Below the pieces are notes generated by a model that saw only the letters and a list, made by a program, of their open reading frames with translations, was not told where the DNA came from and did not search any database. The translations under genes were made by a program, and so were the position numbers. Positions 43,671-56,472 of a stretch of 64,000 nucleotides of DNA are shown here, piece by piece (within the stretch, counting starts at the first letter, position 1; each line of letters begins with the position of its first letter). The stretch comes from Eledone cirrhosa. Taxonomy: Eukaryota. The stretch spans positions 134,230,001 through 134,294,000 of the forward strand of contig OZ024742.1 in the NCBI GenBank assembly GCA_964016885.1, in the 5' to 3' direction.

Positions 43671-45049
43671 TTACTGGAGTGTAGTATATGTGATATGCGT
43701 ATCATCCTTAAATAGCATCGTTGCTAACGTTATTCCAGTTAATACTGTGAATGCCATATCCCGTTGATGATAGTGTCGTTCTGATGATGGCTCTGTTGAG
43801 GCTAATACTGCTATCATCATTGCTTTTGTTGTTGTGTTATTAATCATTGGTGAATATTAACGATGTTGGCATGATGAATCTCTCATATGTGTAATGTCAT
43901 TGTTCATATTTGCTTTGTATATGTTGTTGTTTTCGCCATTATTGCTGTGATAACGTTCGTTGTTTTCGCAGATATTATTGATAGGGATATTAAATGGTTT
44001 TCGATTGTTACAATTGTTCTTTTTACTATTGCGGCTGTGTTTGTTATTATATGTGCTATTGTAGTTGCCTTCCTTGTCCTCATTGTTCTTGTTTTATATA
44101 TTGATAATAAATTATATCTGTGATAAATAGATACTTTTCCTAGCATTGTTCTTTAATATTATTTTCAGTGTTATTGAATTGATTCTGATGATGCGTGTTT
44201 TACTGCCTTAGTTATTGTTGTTGTGCTTCTGCATTGATATCAATATTGTCGTAGTAGCTTTAACAGCCATAGTTTACACTCTAGATACTACTGCATTCAG
44301 TTCAGATATTAATGAGATTGCTATCAGTTATTTGTTATTCTTGCTGCTAATGCCGGTGTTATTTTATGCTAATGGTTGATGTCAGCGTTTGTTGCTGCTC
44401 TTAGGAAATTTTCATTCATTTAATTATCATTAATATCATCATCATCATCATCATCATCATCATTATCATCTCCATATAGTTTTCCGTCTTTCTAAGATTC
44501 ACTATTATCTTTAATGTTGTGAAATGTTGGTTTTGCTTCTGTTTTGGTTGCTGTTGTTGCTCATATTTAAGCTGTTATTGTGTTTCGAGTAAATGTTTGA
44601 GTGCATTACGTATTATCATCTTAAATGATATTTGCAATTTCCGAAAAGAAAAAAATTAAAATGCCAATAACATTATGTTGAAATTAGACGGTGTTATGAT
44701 AATAACTCCAACAACGGTACCGTCAGCAAAAAAATCAAAACATGTAGAAATCAACATTCCAATAATAACAGTCATGAACCAATAAATAATAGTTTGAAAA
44801 TATATCAAAATAGTCAAATTAAAATCAAATATTTCGAATGTAGTAACGGAAAGTAACATAAATACAATGTCGGTTAAGGTATCACAATTCATTTAAAGAA
44901 CCGATTTGTAAGGTTATTTAACGCACACATTAAAACGTGACTTTGCAATGGTTTCCCTTGTGGTAGGTATTTTTTTGCCCAAAGCAAAATTACACCCCAC
45001 TCCCAGGATTCGTTAGAATCATAATAAAAAAAGTAGTAAGCCAGATAAT

Positions 45050-45136
<87 letters not shown>

Positions 45137-45145
45137 TTTATATAT

Positions 45146-45229
<84 letters not shown>

Positions 45230-45298
45230 TATGAAGAGAGAAGGAACATTTAGATATAATTAGTAATAAAATGTATCATACCTCAACTGCTCCTAGAT

Positions 45299-45388
45299 TC
45301 CTCGACTACGTAGTTTCGTGGCATAAACAAAAACAGTACATCATAAAGATATAGAGCCTTTGCGAGGTCTGCCGACTTATCAAGAGGA
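45299..45388 (-). ncRNA. Type I hammerhead ribozyme, U3-A8 core variant (copy 1)
   Basis: Reverse complement of the motif at 46362-46451. Confidence 0.7.
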
Positions 45389-45890
45389 TACCTCATTTTA
45401 TAGCTTCAAGAACGCATCTACACGACGTGAGAAAGAATCCCAAAAGGTGGAGGGGGAGATAGTCACGCGATATAACGGTCGAGAAACAGAGCTAAGCCTC
45501 TTATAACCCCGAAGAAAATACCACGGAGGCGGAGGGGGTATTTATATCGAAGCCGCAGAAGAGGTGGTAAAGGAGGAGAGAAGTATGAGTAATGGCAGCT
45601 TTCCAGCAGTCACTACACTTCAAAGATTACTCAACCAGAGGGAGTTATGAACAATATATTTAGAAACACACAGATACATGCGGACACACACATATACATG
45701 AATGCATCCACATCCAACCGCGAGTTAATGGTGCCAACCTCACCGATGTTGCTCAATGAATGACTGGGACAGACCAATCCGGTTGAACCAGACTGAACCA
45801 GTATCAGAGTTAAAAATACATTATGAAGAGAGAAGGAACATTTAGATATAATTAGTAATAAAATGTATCATACCTAAACTGCTCCTAGAT

Positions 45891-45980
45891 TCCTCGACTA
45901 CGTAGTTTCGTGGCATAAACAAAAACAGTACATCATAAAGATATAGAGCCTTTGCGAGGTCTGCCGACTTATCAAGAGGA
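45891..45980 (-). ncRNA. Type I hammerhead ribozyme, U3-A8 core variant (copy 2)
   Basis: Reverse complement of the motif at 46362-46451. Confidence 0.7.
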
Positions 45981-46361
45981 TACCTCATTTTATAGCTTCA
46001 AGAACGCGTCTACACGACGTGAGAAAGAATCCCAAAAGGCGGAGGGGGAGATAGTCACGCGATATAACGGTCGAGAAACAGAGCTAAGCCTCTTATAACC
46101 CCGAAGAAAATACCACGGAGGCGGAGGGGGTATTTATATCGAAGCCGCAGAAGAGGTGGTAAAGGACTTCTCGCCTCCTTTACCACCTTTTCTGTGGCTT
46201 CGATATAAATACCCCCTCCGCCTCCGTGGTATTTTCTTCGGGGTTATAAGAGGCTTAGCTCTGTTTCTCGACCGTTATATCGCGTGACTATCTCCCCCTC
46301 CGCCTTTTGGGATTCTTTCTCACGTCGTGTAAACGCGTTCTTGAAGCTATAAAATGAGGTA

Positions 46362-46451
46362 TCCTCTTGATAAGTCGGCAGACCTCGCAAAGGCTCTATA
46401 TCTTTATGATGTACTGTTTTTGTTTACGCCACGAAACTACGTAGTCGAGGA
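46362..46451 (+). ncRNA. Type I hammerhead ribozyme, U3-A8 core variant (copy 3)
   Basis: tcctc TTGATAA gt(c)ggc...gccac GAAA ctacgtag TC gagga. Perfect helix I tcctc/gagga, palindromic helix III actacgtagt, GUC triplet, extended helix II loop. Confidence 0.72.
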
Positions 46452-46682
46452 ATCTAGGAGCAGTTGAGGTATGATACATTTTATTACTAATTATATCTAA
46501 ATGTTCCTTCTCTCTTCATAATGTATTTTTAACTCTGATACTAGTTCCGTCTGGTAAAACCGGATTGGTCTGTCCCAGTCATTCATTGAGCAACATCGGT
46601 GAGGTTGGCACCATTAACTCGCGGTTGGATGTGGATGCATTCATGTATATGTGTGTGTCCGCATGTATCTGTGTGTTTCTAA

Positions 46683-46762
<80 letters not shown>

Positions 46763-47651
46763 TATACATATATAAACATATACGCGGAGACATGAAACTA
46801 ATTGGGTTCGTGCGGGTGCGCTCGGTTGGCCAACCGGGAATGAGAGAATTCTAGTACTTGTTAATACAGCCTTCAAAGAGGGGACACATTCCGATGTAAA
46901 ACATGCGAATTGAAACACCTAGTGATGTTCTCCTGTCTTTTTTTTTTTTTTGTAATTACCGTCACCGTTGCTCAGATATTGTGATTGGACCATTGCAACG
47001 TCTTCATTTAAATTATCAATACAGACAATACTTGAGCTAAACAACTTCCATATATGTTGCGTAAGCAGGGCCTTTTCTTATTTCTTTCTCTGCAATATAT
47101 ATATATATATATATACAAAATAATCTAAGACACTGGCAGGAATAAAAGTCATGTTCTCTCCAATCATATGTGAAAAAACGGACAAAGAATGGCAAATTTT
47201 GTAACCTCAATATAGCTATTATATACATAGACGACGGATATGCTGAACAACTTCGGGACATCCGGGTCGGCAACCGTATTACGATCACTCGGCATTTTTG
47301 ATCCACCGGTCACACCACACACCACCTAAGTGTTTTCTGTCTCGCACATCGTGCCAGACCCTTTACGTCGGGCTGGAGAAGAGAAGAGCAATTTATTCTT
47401 TCCTTACAACCCTTTCGTTTCTATAACCTAAATGTCCCACACATTTTCCTTAGACTGCTCTCTCTTATATTCTCTGAGAAAAAACTAAACATATTTCCTT
47501 TATCTTATGTTACAAGCTTAATACATACAGGCTTACATACAAATCACCGTTAGAATCTGTAGACATACACACTGTAAACTTCACCATACATACACACGTT
47601 CAAATTTAATCAATCACTCAACCACAAATGCAAACATCCACACATCAAACA

Positions 47652-47703
<52 letters not shown>

Positions 47704-48002
47704 TACACACACACATATACACACATATATATATATATATATATATACATGTAAGAATGTGTGTGTGTGTTTGTGTGTACGTGTGTATGTGTATGTCTGT
47801 GTGATGTGTGTTTGAGTGGTATATTCCTGTAATTCCTGATAGAGATGTAGGGGTGCCGTATTGACATGGGCATTTTGGTGTCATTTTTGTTTAAGCCTGA
47901 CGAAGCCCACCCCTCTCCTGGTCAGAGTTCAGCAGATTTCTTCCAGAGAAAGATAGAAAAGGAGTGAGCGGTAATTAGGAAGATATATATATATATAGGA
48001 AG

Positions 48003-48088
48003 AATCGACCCCAGTACTAGACTGATACCTTTTTATCGACCTTGAAATAATGAAAGGCAAAATCGACCTCGGCTGTATTTTAACTCAG
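48003..48088 (-). mobile_element. Older partial SINE copy
   Basis: tcgaccccagtact...tttatcgacc...tgaaaggcaaaatcgacctcggc is the reverse complement of the SINE body. Confidence 0.6.
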
Positions 48089-49945
48089 ATGTTCGCCTAT
48101 TCGGCTCAAAATCACAAGGACTTCATTTTTACCCCCTCTGGTGCTCTTATTTCAGGTTGCTTTTGTACGTTGAGCTGATATAAATAAGTGATGCTTGTAA
48201 TACATTTTTTTTTTCTCAGAATCACTACATCTGGAATACTCCTCAATGTTATGGCTTAATTCACGGAGAGCATCTTCCTTTATTCCCACAACTGGAATAA
48301 TCTTACTCGGAACACAAGTTTGTCTCGAAATCATATATATATATATATGTACATATAGTTTTATTTACATATTCCTTAACATGCGTGTTTCTTCAGGTAA
48401 ATGTGTACTTGCTTTTAGTGTCAGCGTAACAAATATTTTTCTATAGAAATATTGATTAACATCTATACATATGTTATGTCAGTGGTTTTGGGCATAAAAT
48501 GGGACACAGCTTGGCAAGTATACATATTCCAAAGTAAAATAAGCTTACTTCATTGTCTCATGATTTATGAGCCCATGACATCCAAATAAACATTCATATT
48601 TGAGCGATTAATAAAGCGAAGCATCACATTTTCCGAGTGACAGTTTAGTTTTTAAGAATAATTTAAGGAGGAAATGGTTTAGGAATGTGTTGTATGTCAA
48701 GTATAACCCTTTTCTATACGACACAAGCCCACACGTTTCATAAAAGTGTTAAGATTTTTTAATGGAATTAGATGAATTTAAAAAAAAATAGCCTGCAAGT
48801 TAAACCTATAATACTTTCGGCACATTTTAAAATTATTACTTGTTTCAGATGACAATATTCTGAAAATATTAAATATTTAAAATTTTCCAACGTTCGCATC
48901 ATTCTTACCAGCAGCTACAAATCTTCATGATTCAACATTCGGATTAATTTCCCATGTATTCGTATACTGCTCAGTATTTACATATAATGAACATGTTTAT
49001 TTAATGCATTAAACTAAAGCGTAAAGCCTGTATTCCATTATGTAAAATGATATGGATATAAATTCAAAAGCAATTTGCAGAAGCCATAAAAATTGGCAAT
49101 GTGACGTAATCCTGCAACATAAATGACAATAAGGATGAGAGAAGTATTGTTGAGAGTTATACATGATATACCACATCAATCATTGTTAATTGCTTTCTTC
49201 GTTGAAGGTTAAAATCAACGCAGATTTGAACTCAGATCGTATAAAGTAGTAAATAAATACAGTAAAGCATTGTTCCGGTCAACTTATACATTCTGCCACC
49301 TAACACAATATTCTGCAAACAAAATGGTGAGTATAAAATATCACTAGACTGATAATTTATTTTATTGTCTCCGGAAGAATGAAAGACAAAATTTAGTACC
49401 AAAATAATTTCGATATATATCAGACTATATTTCATTACATAATACCACGCAGCTACATAGATCAAGCATCTACATATCTTATACATGTACGTACGTAGGT
49501 ATAGGCTGGCAGGAAAGGCGAAACGAAACGCAAAAATCAGAAATGATACTGGCAAAGTGCTCAATAGATAAACACCACATATAAACAATGTGTTAAAAAG
49601 CCATACAAATCTGAAAAGGTGGTCAAGAAGGCATTAACCACCAAAGCCAAAAAAAACAAATCAAGCTAAACAGGTCAAAACAAAATAAATGATAAAAAAT
49701 AAAAGATAACCAGACCTATATATATATATGTATATATATATATATCGTTTCTGAATTTATTTAGCAAGATTCTTTATCTGAAAACGTGTGTTGAAACCGA
49801 TACTGTTATACTTTGGAAGGGTCCTGTTGCCAAGAAACACATGCGCCAGTTGTTTCACTTCAATTTATTATAATAAATTTATAAATTTAGGAATTTATAA
49901 ATTTCCGGTTGGTTGGTTCCACAACCAGATGATTGTTTATATATT

Positions 49946-49988
49946 GTCAAAGTTCTTTCGTCACATATTCTGTGACCTCTTCAGTGAC
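49946..49988 (-). ncRNA. Minimal hammerhead-like motif (probably degenerate)
   Basis: Minus strand: gtca CTGAAGA g-gtcaca-gaata-tgtgac GAAA gaac TT tgac. Helices I and II are perfect; helix III has only 2 bp. Confidence 0.55.
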
Positions 49989-51216
49989 TGGGGATTCTTT
50001 TCTTTGATCTGTGCCTTTCCTTTGTTCTGTCCTACGCCATATATACATATATATATATATATATGCGTATGTGTGTGGGTTGGTGCGTGTGTGTATTGTA
50101 TATATCAAGCACAATCTGAAAATATGTATTACGACCACAGAGTAAACTTTTAAGGAAACAATTTTCTGTTTTCGCCCAATAATAAAGTGGCAATCCGTTG
50201 GATTCGATGACGAATGTTGCAGATGATTCCGTTAACTGCTCCTGAAACTGATGTGCAAGTCACTGAGGAGTCAACAGTGTAGTAGAGCACAGGAATATCC
50301 TGTATGACACAGGCTGTGAGGAGGCCATCCCTTCGATGTACAGGTACAACTCATTTCTGATATCTGAGTTGGAAAATGCAACTAGGTATGACGTTTCTTG
50401 CTTGAAATGGACGGCTGACCTTACGATAGTAACCACTAAGTCATGTGCTTTCACGGGTACATACGTACGCACGCGCTCACAGAAACACAGACACACACAG
50501 ACATACACATACACACACACACGCATATGGACATATTGTTATTCCAAAGGCCTGTCTCTATACCACTCCACTGCGTATAGTTTACATATGTGCTGAATAA
50601 TATTTCACCTGAAATCTGCGTGGATTATGTCATTTTAGCATAACTTAATAATTTCAATACATATTGCTAAGAAGAAGAAGAATTCATTATTACACATACA
50701 TTTTCAGAAGTATTTTACAATTACCTATCATTTAGGAAGCATAAAACGTGAGCTGTACTTTAGGATAACCACATATTTTATATTTTTATATATGCTCTGT
50801 CTTATAGGTCCTTAATATTTTCTAGATTTAGTTACCATTTCTTTTGAATTTTCCTTTGCATATTTATGATTTTAAGAGGCAAATTGGAGAAGGCGTTATA
50901 GTGATAATTCAGGCGGTAAAGTATTTATGTTTGTATTATTTACGTTTTCGTTTCTAATCCCACCATGCCTACAATGTTTTCATCTATTCCAGAGCTTAGT
51001 ATTAACTGCAGAGGTAACAATACATATGCTCAATAAGGGTTTAAATCGCCACATAGCAACAGCAAATACAACAAATATGAGAATAACGATGATAAACATT
51101 TCACCAACAACATTGTATATAATGTGATCTTGTCATTTTCTATTCCCATATACTCTATATATTACACTCGTGTTCATTTATTCAAGTGTATTCACTTATT
51201 CATGTGTACAGTAAGT

Positions 51217-51301
<85 letters not shown>

Positions 51302-51366
51302 AGTCATACTTACAACTGAACAAATACACAGATTCAGAAATATGCACATATACACAACACACACAC

Positions 51367-51478
<112 letters not shown>

Positions 51479-51824
51479 GTGTGTGTATTTGCTAGCATTA
51501 GCGTACATCTGTACGCATATGTTAGTAGATATACTAAATTCTCTATATTTATTTCCAAATTACTTATTTGTCGAGCAAACCTGCCAAAACCACTACTGAT
51601 TTATTGGTGTGATAGTAGGCTTCTGTCATCTTACCATCCCACTCCTACCGACTAGCCTCAGTGTCACGTGATTGATTCTTTAGAACCTGCCATTTGACTA
51701 GCGACAGCGAGCTTTTCAGTACATGGAATCCAGTCCCCGCTAGCTGTTCCATCTACCGAATTATTATTATTTTTATATGAGTCCCTAGTGTCCGCGCATT
51801 GCCTGGAGACTTAGCTGAGAATAG

Positions 51825-51902
51825 ACTCCCTGATGAGGCAGTGAATTCTCGACAGATTACGTAACTGTCTTTATCCCATTGCAGAAACTAATTAGTTGGA
51901 GT
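51825..51902 (+). ncRNA. Type I hammerhead ribozyme motif with branched helix II
   Basis: actcc CTGATGA g-gcagtg...(gacag..ctgtc)...cattgc-a GAAA ctaattag TT ggagt. Helix I actcc/ggagt and palindromic helix III actaattagt. Confidence 0.7.
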
Positions 51903-51958
51903 GAAAATTCTAGTAAGTTAATTTTTTAAACATTTTTTTTAAATTTTCTTATTTTACG

Positions 51959-52029
<71 letters not shown>

Positions 52030-52317
52030 TATATGTCTGTGTATATGTGCATATTTCTGAATCTGTATTTCTTCAGTTGTAAGTATGACTTACATATATA
52101 TATATATAAAGCTATCTTATATTATATAACAGGCTGAGTTGTGTATAACCCAACGAAACATATATATATATATATATATAATAAGAAGTTGACGGACCCA
52201 GCGTATTTAACAATGCCAGGAACGGTTGTATTTCAGCGCAGTCAATAGATAATGTAGAATACATTCCAGAGTTATTCGCTTCAACACAACACACGGAAAC
52301 GGGTGTCTATATTAGTT

Positions 52318-52421
52318 TCTGGACTCGAGTTTCGGCCACACTTGATGCAGCAATAGGGTGCATTGCACCCTCTGTCTGCATATATTATGCAGCAATGCAT
52401 TCATGTGGGTTCATCAGTGGG
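52318..52421 (-). ncRNA. Hammerhead motif with multi-branched helix II (helix I damaged in this copy)
   Basis: Minus strand: ccca CTGATGA acccaca...tgtggcc GAAA ctcgag TC caga. The sister copy at 34757 has tggg, which restores helix I. Confidence 0.6.
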
Positions 52422-53099
52422 TATCGCCTAATCAAAAACCAATCGATCGACAGATTTCTTCCCCAGTCCATGCCGGCTATGACTATATTTGACGGCCGAA
52501 ACAGTAGAGTGATTATCAACTGGAATCTAATACAACTCCGTCCCCCTACCAGCCACCGATTTACAAATTTACGTGGTGACAGGAGATTAGAAAATGCATA
52601 TTTTCGCTCCCGCCAAAAGCTCTCAGCCAAGTCACTCAAACACTCATTGATAAGATAGTGGAAAGTTGGTTATTAGAAAAAGCAATTCTACATCTTTGCA
52701 CAGTAGAATAGTAGCTTTCAGCTCTAATCTCCATGTCCCATGGCGATAGGATAGCGATGGTAACAGTGGTAGGGCATGGAACCTTAACGGACATTAAATG
52801 CTTCCATCCACTATACATCGATATAGAGTGGCGTGATGGTAGCGGCAGTCAGGTGCGTAAACCATTCTATCTCACACCTTAAACGATTCAATATGCGAGT
52901 GAGAAAGAAAAAGAAAATTGGTAGCAGGAATTAGAGCGCATATCAAAACAAAAACACAAAAAAGGTGAAATATTGTTTAACTTACTCTCATTAATCTGAT
53001 AGTTGGGAGATAATAATAATAATAAGAGAGAGAAAGATAGAGAGGGGGATAGAGAGGCACAGAGATTGAGATAGACAACGATCTATCTATCTATCTATC

Positions 53100-53800
53100 T
53101 ATATATATTTATATATATTAATAAAAGGAATTCCAACTTTGTCTGATTTACTCGTTTTATTTACAATCCTTTAAAACGTATAATGGTATTAGAATGAAAT
53201 CATATGGTAGAATATTTAATGTTAACTGTTAATTGAGCAAGTACTTTCATGCTTTCGCAATCTTCAGGTTCATATTCTGTGGTGACGGTCAAGTTTGCAA
53301 CTGTAATGAGATGGGTAAATGTTGTGCTTTATATACAGTGAAAAGCGGCTACAGGATGCTAGTTTTTGCAAACTGTATTTCGACCAATCGGTGTGTAGTT
53401 TCACTGAATTACTAAATTTTTCCAGTTTTTGTGTTCATATATTGACTGGTGTGTGTGGATTGACATGTGCCACATTGACTATCATTGCATTTAGATACAG
53501 TGAATGATTGGTCTTAGTTGTTAAGGTCAAACTTTGCTTTTGTTAGTATTTGCTTCAAATTTGTCGGCTGTCTTTTACTAAGAGTCAAAGATCGGTCTGT
53601 GATTAAGGTTTTTCATTCATTAATTTGAGCAATGATCGGTAGGTTTGCTTTGGCAGTGTTGAAGATATTCTGGTGACATGGGTTGTGTGTCATTATAAAT
53701 GGTATGACCAGTTGTTGGTTTCTTCTTCCTTGGGCTGTCCTAAGTTTGTCAGTTCTGTAAGGCGTTTGTTCCTGGTATTCGTATCTTCTACAATGGTACA
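53100..53800 (-). mobile_element. Penelope-like element fragment (RT-EN linker and GIY-YIG remnant)
   Basis: LVIPFIMTHNPCHQNIFNTAK (ORF 53613-53957). ILTKAKF and VSKCNDSQCGTCQ (CCCC linker) read on the minus strand at ~53455-53550. Confidence 0.65.
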
Positions 53801-55269
53801 AATTCTTCTGGCTAGGAGAGAGAAAAGGAAAGAGAAGGAAAGGAGGAAGAACAGGGTAGAAAGATGAGGAGAGAGGAAGAAAGGGAAAGAATAGGAAAGG
53901 AATTGAAGAAAAAAGTGTACAGGTCTTATCGTGGGAAGACACATGTGAAAGAAGCATACAAAAAAAGTAACCGTGGAAAAATATGGAAAGTAAGTTGTGG
54001 CCAGCCTGGGAGACTTTAGCCTGGTGGTCAGCTACGACTCACAGCTGGTATAATCGTGCTGCCTCTCAAAATACACAGGAGAAAGTTAGAGAGAGACACG
54101 GGCAACCAAAAGTGAGGAGGAGATATACGATAATAGTGTCTACTGGGATTGGGTCTATGTGTGTGTGTGTGTATGTGTGTGTATGTGTGTGTGTGTGTGT
54201 GAGTGTGTTAGTTTGTGTGATTTTCTGCATGGTTTTATGAATATTTGATTTTTCTGCATATGTGTGTTTTTGACTCTAACTATGTTTCTGTGAACGCACA
54301 TATATATATGTGTGTGCGTGTGCGCTCGCAATATATGTTATATTCTATTTGTTTTGGCACGGCGCGTTCTACAGTCTCATATATTTGAAGACAGCGGTTG
54401 CATTTTGAAAATATTTTTCTTCGTGGGTGTGGGGCGAGAGGGAATATGGATAACAGTAGGAAAAGGGGAAACAGAGGGTGTGTTGTCTTTTTCAAACCAC
54501 CATAACTCTCCACACACTGCAGCACAACGTTCCAGTATTTGTTCCACAGTTTTGATAGGATCATGACAGTATGGTTGTAAATCAGCTAGATTTGGCTTCG
54601 GATTTAATGAGAAACTACAGTGATAACAATAGTTGTGGTCAAAGTTGAGAAACATCATACGCAATAATAATAAATAAACGCGAGGGTAAACAAATATATA
54701 CATGCATGAACGAATACATAAAGACACAACTCAGAACAAAAATATGTATCCACATAATGGCAGATATGCATATTTGTGCGCTTAAATGACATTTGCTTTG
54801 GCTATTCTGTGGAATAATAAATGCATATACACACACGCAAATAAGTCCCCGATCTATCATACGAATTCACACTGAAATATTCAAAGAACGACATAGCTCC
54901 ATGACAGAATATGACACAGAATCCAACTGGCACACTATACCTGAACGAAATATAAGCCAAGTTGTCCTCAAATAATTTTGTCACATATTCATAATAGGGG
55001 TGGTGATTTAAAAAAAATAAAATACCATGTAATGATTGCTTTCATCAGAAACAGCGATGTTTAAGCGTTTCTTGAATTAAATTTTTCTTGCATAGACAGA
55101 AATAAAGCTAGATGAATATAGCGATAACCTGCCACATTTTCTTTTTTCTAGTAACACAGAGGCTATAAAAAATAATAAATATGCGTTCCTTGGAAAGTAA
55201 AGATTTTATTTTGTTTTAGTAGTTTTTTTTTTTTGCGTCTTGTAGAACTCTAGACGCATTCTTGGTGGC

Positions 55270-56110
55270 GGGTGTAGGGGGGGATTATTAATATGAAGTC
55301 GGTGGATGATCTACCAGAAAACATTATTCGCTTCTCTGAAGTCGGATTCCAGCTTAAAACCAAAGTTTTCCCATATCTTAATTTCGGTTCCTTTCAGTCT
55401 CAGCTGCGATTCATCGTGCTTGCATAACTGAAAATTCAAGAAGGGAGATTAATTTCCAAGACAAGCTTCGTAGGCCTCTTTCTTCGCCCAGATGGTATCT
55501 TTGACATATTGATTGAACCAACAGGTCCTCCAGCCATAATGCACCACGCCAAGTCTCTAGACCCTGCTGACTTCCCTAATATCATGTGTATTTATGAATG
55601 CCAGTGTGTTGGAAGAAGGTGTACATAATAGAGAGTCCATTTCTAGAACATATTTCTAATTAGGCCTCTCTATTCTTATTTAGATAGGGATCAGCGTTCC
55701 ATCTAATCACTCATTTCCATGTAATGTGTTTCGTGCCAACATGTACATTAAAGTTTTCCATTAAGATATATGACTTTGTGTTAACTACATTCAAAGCTGC
55801 AAAGGCTTCATCACGGAAACATCTGTATTCGGACGCCATGATAGCTGTATTAACATGCACTACTTACGTAAAGCTATATCTATGCCTCAGATTCAAGAGG
55901 CAAATTATGCCTGATAATGGTATCTAGTCTATAACACATTCTGAGTTCAGGGGTCTTGAGTGTATCACCACTCTCACCTCTTTAGACATTTCTGGCGCCA
56001 CACTAAGATATCGGAATCTCTATGCTCCATCCAAGTCGACAGAACCAAGGAAATGTGTAGGGAAGTCCTGACTGTATTTAGTCGGTAGCATGTAGTTTAC
56101 TCTACTTGTT
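55270..56110 (-). mobile_element. Internally deleted RTE (Expander-like) LINE endonuclease/linker fragment
   Basis: Minus-strand ENFNVHVGTKHITWK*VIRWNADPYLNKN...ICSRNGLSIMYTFFQHTGIHKYT (~55580-55760) and IWENFGFKLESDFREANNVFW (~55310-55380). Confidence 0.7.
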
Positions 56111-56441
56111 ACTGTTCCCTATATGTAAGGGTAGGCCATATGATCAATATATAATCGTTTTCTACTTCTTCCACTCTATGATACAGGCTATGAAACACAG
56201 TATGCTCCACATTTTATATATATATATCAATTGTTTTCAATCATTTTTATTTGTTTGACCCGAATAACTTGGTCGTTTCTATGGTTGTGCGGATGACGGT
56301 TTAACCATCGTCTCAGGGTTTTTGGCCTTTAACGTGTGTTGTAGCTCTGGTTCGTCAGAATTATTGAGCGCTTGTCACACATCTCGGAAGTTGTTTTTCG
56401 CTATTTCCAAAGCCGAAATACGATTCTCGCTAATTTATGTT

Positions 56442-56467
<26 letters not shown>

Positions 56468-56472
<5 letters not shown>

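Larger units (their letters stand above)
45225..46689. mobile_element. Non-coding pLTR/retrozyme-like element: direct repeat plus 514-bp-arm foldback, inserted in (TA)n
   Basis: 45225-45575 is repeated at 45817-46166. 45653-46166 is the near-perfect inverse of 46176-46689, with a 9-nt loop. Each unit carries a hammerhead motif. Confidence 0.85.

Noticed and set aside
48152-48334. 60-aa ORF with normal composition, a possible host exon
   Set aside because: No recognisable domain or convincing splice-site pair, and it begins in a TA run.
52040-52082. Minus-strand CTGAAGA...GAAA tatgcacata TA
   Set aside because: No helix I or proper helix II; the pairing comes from TA-rich low complexity, and the inverted partner lacks the core.
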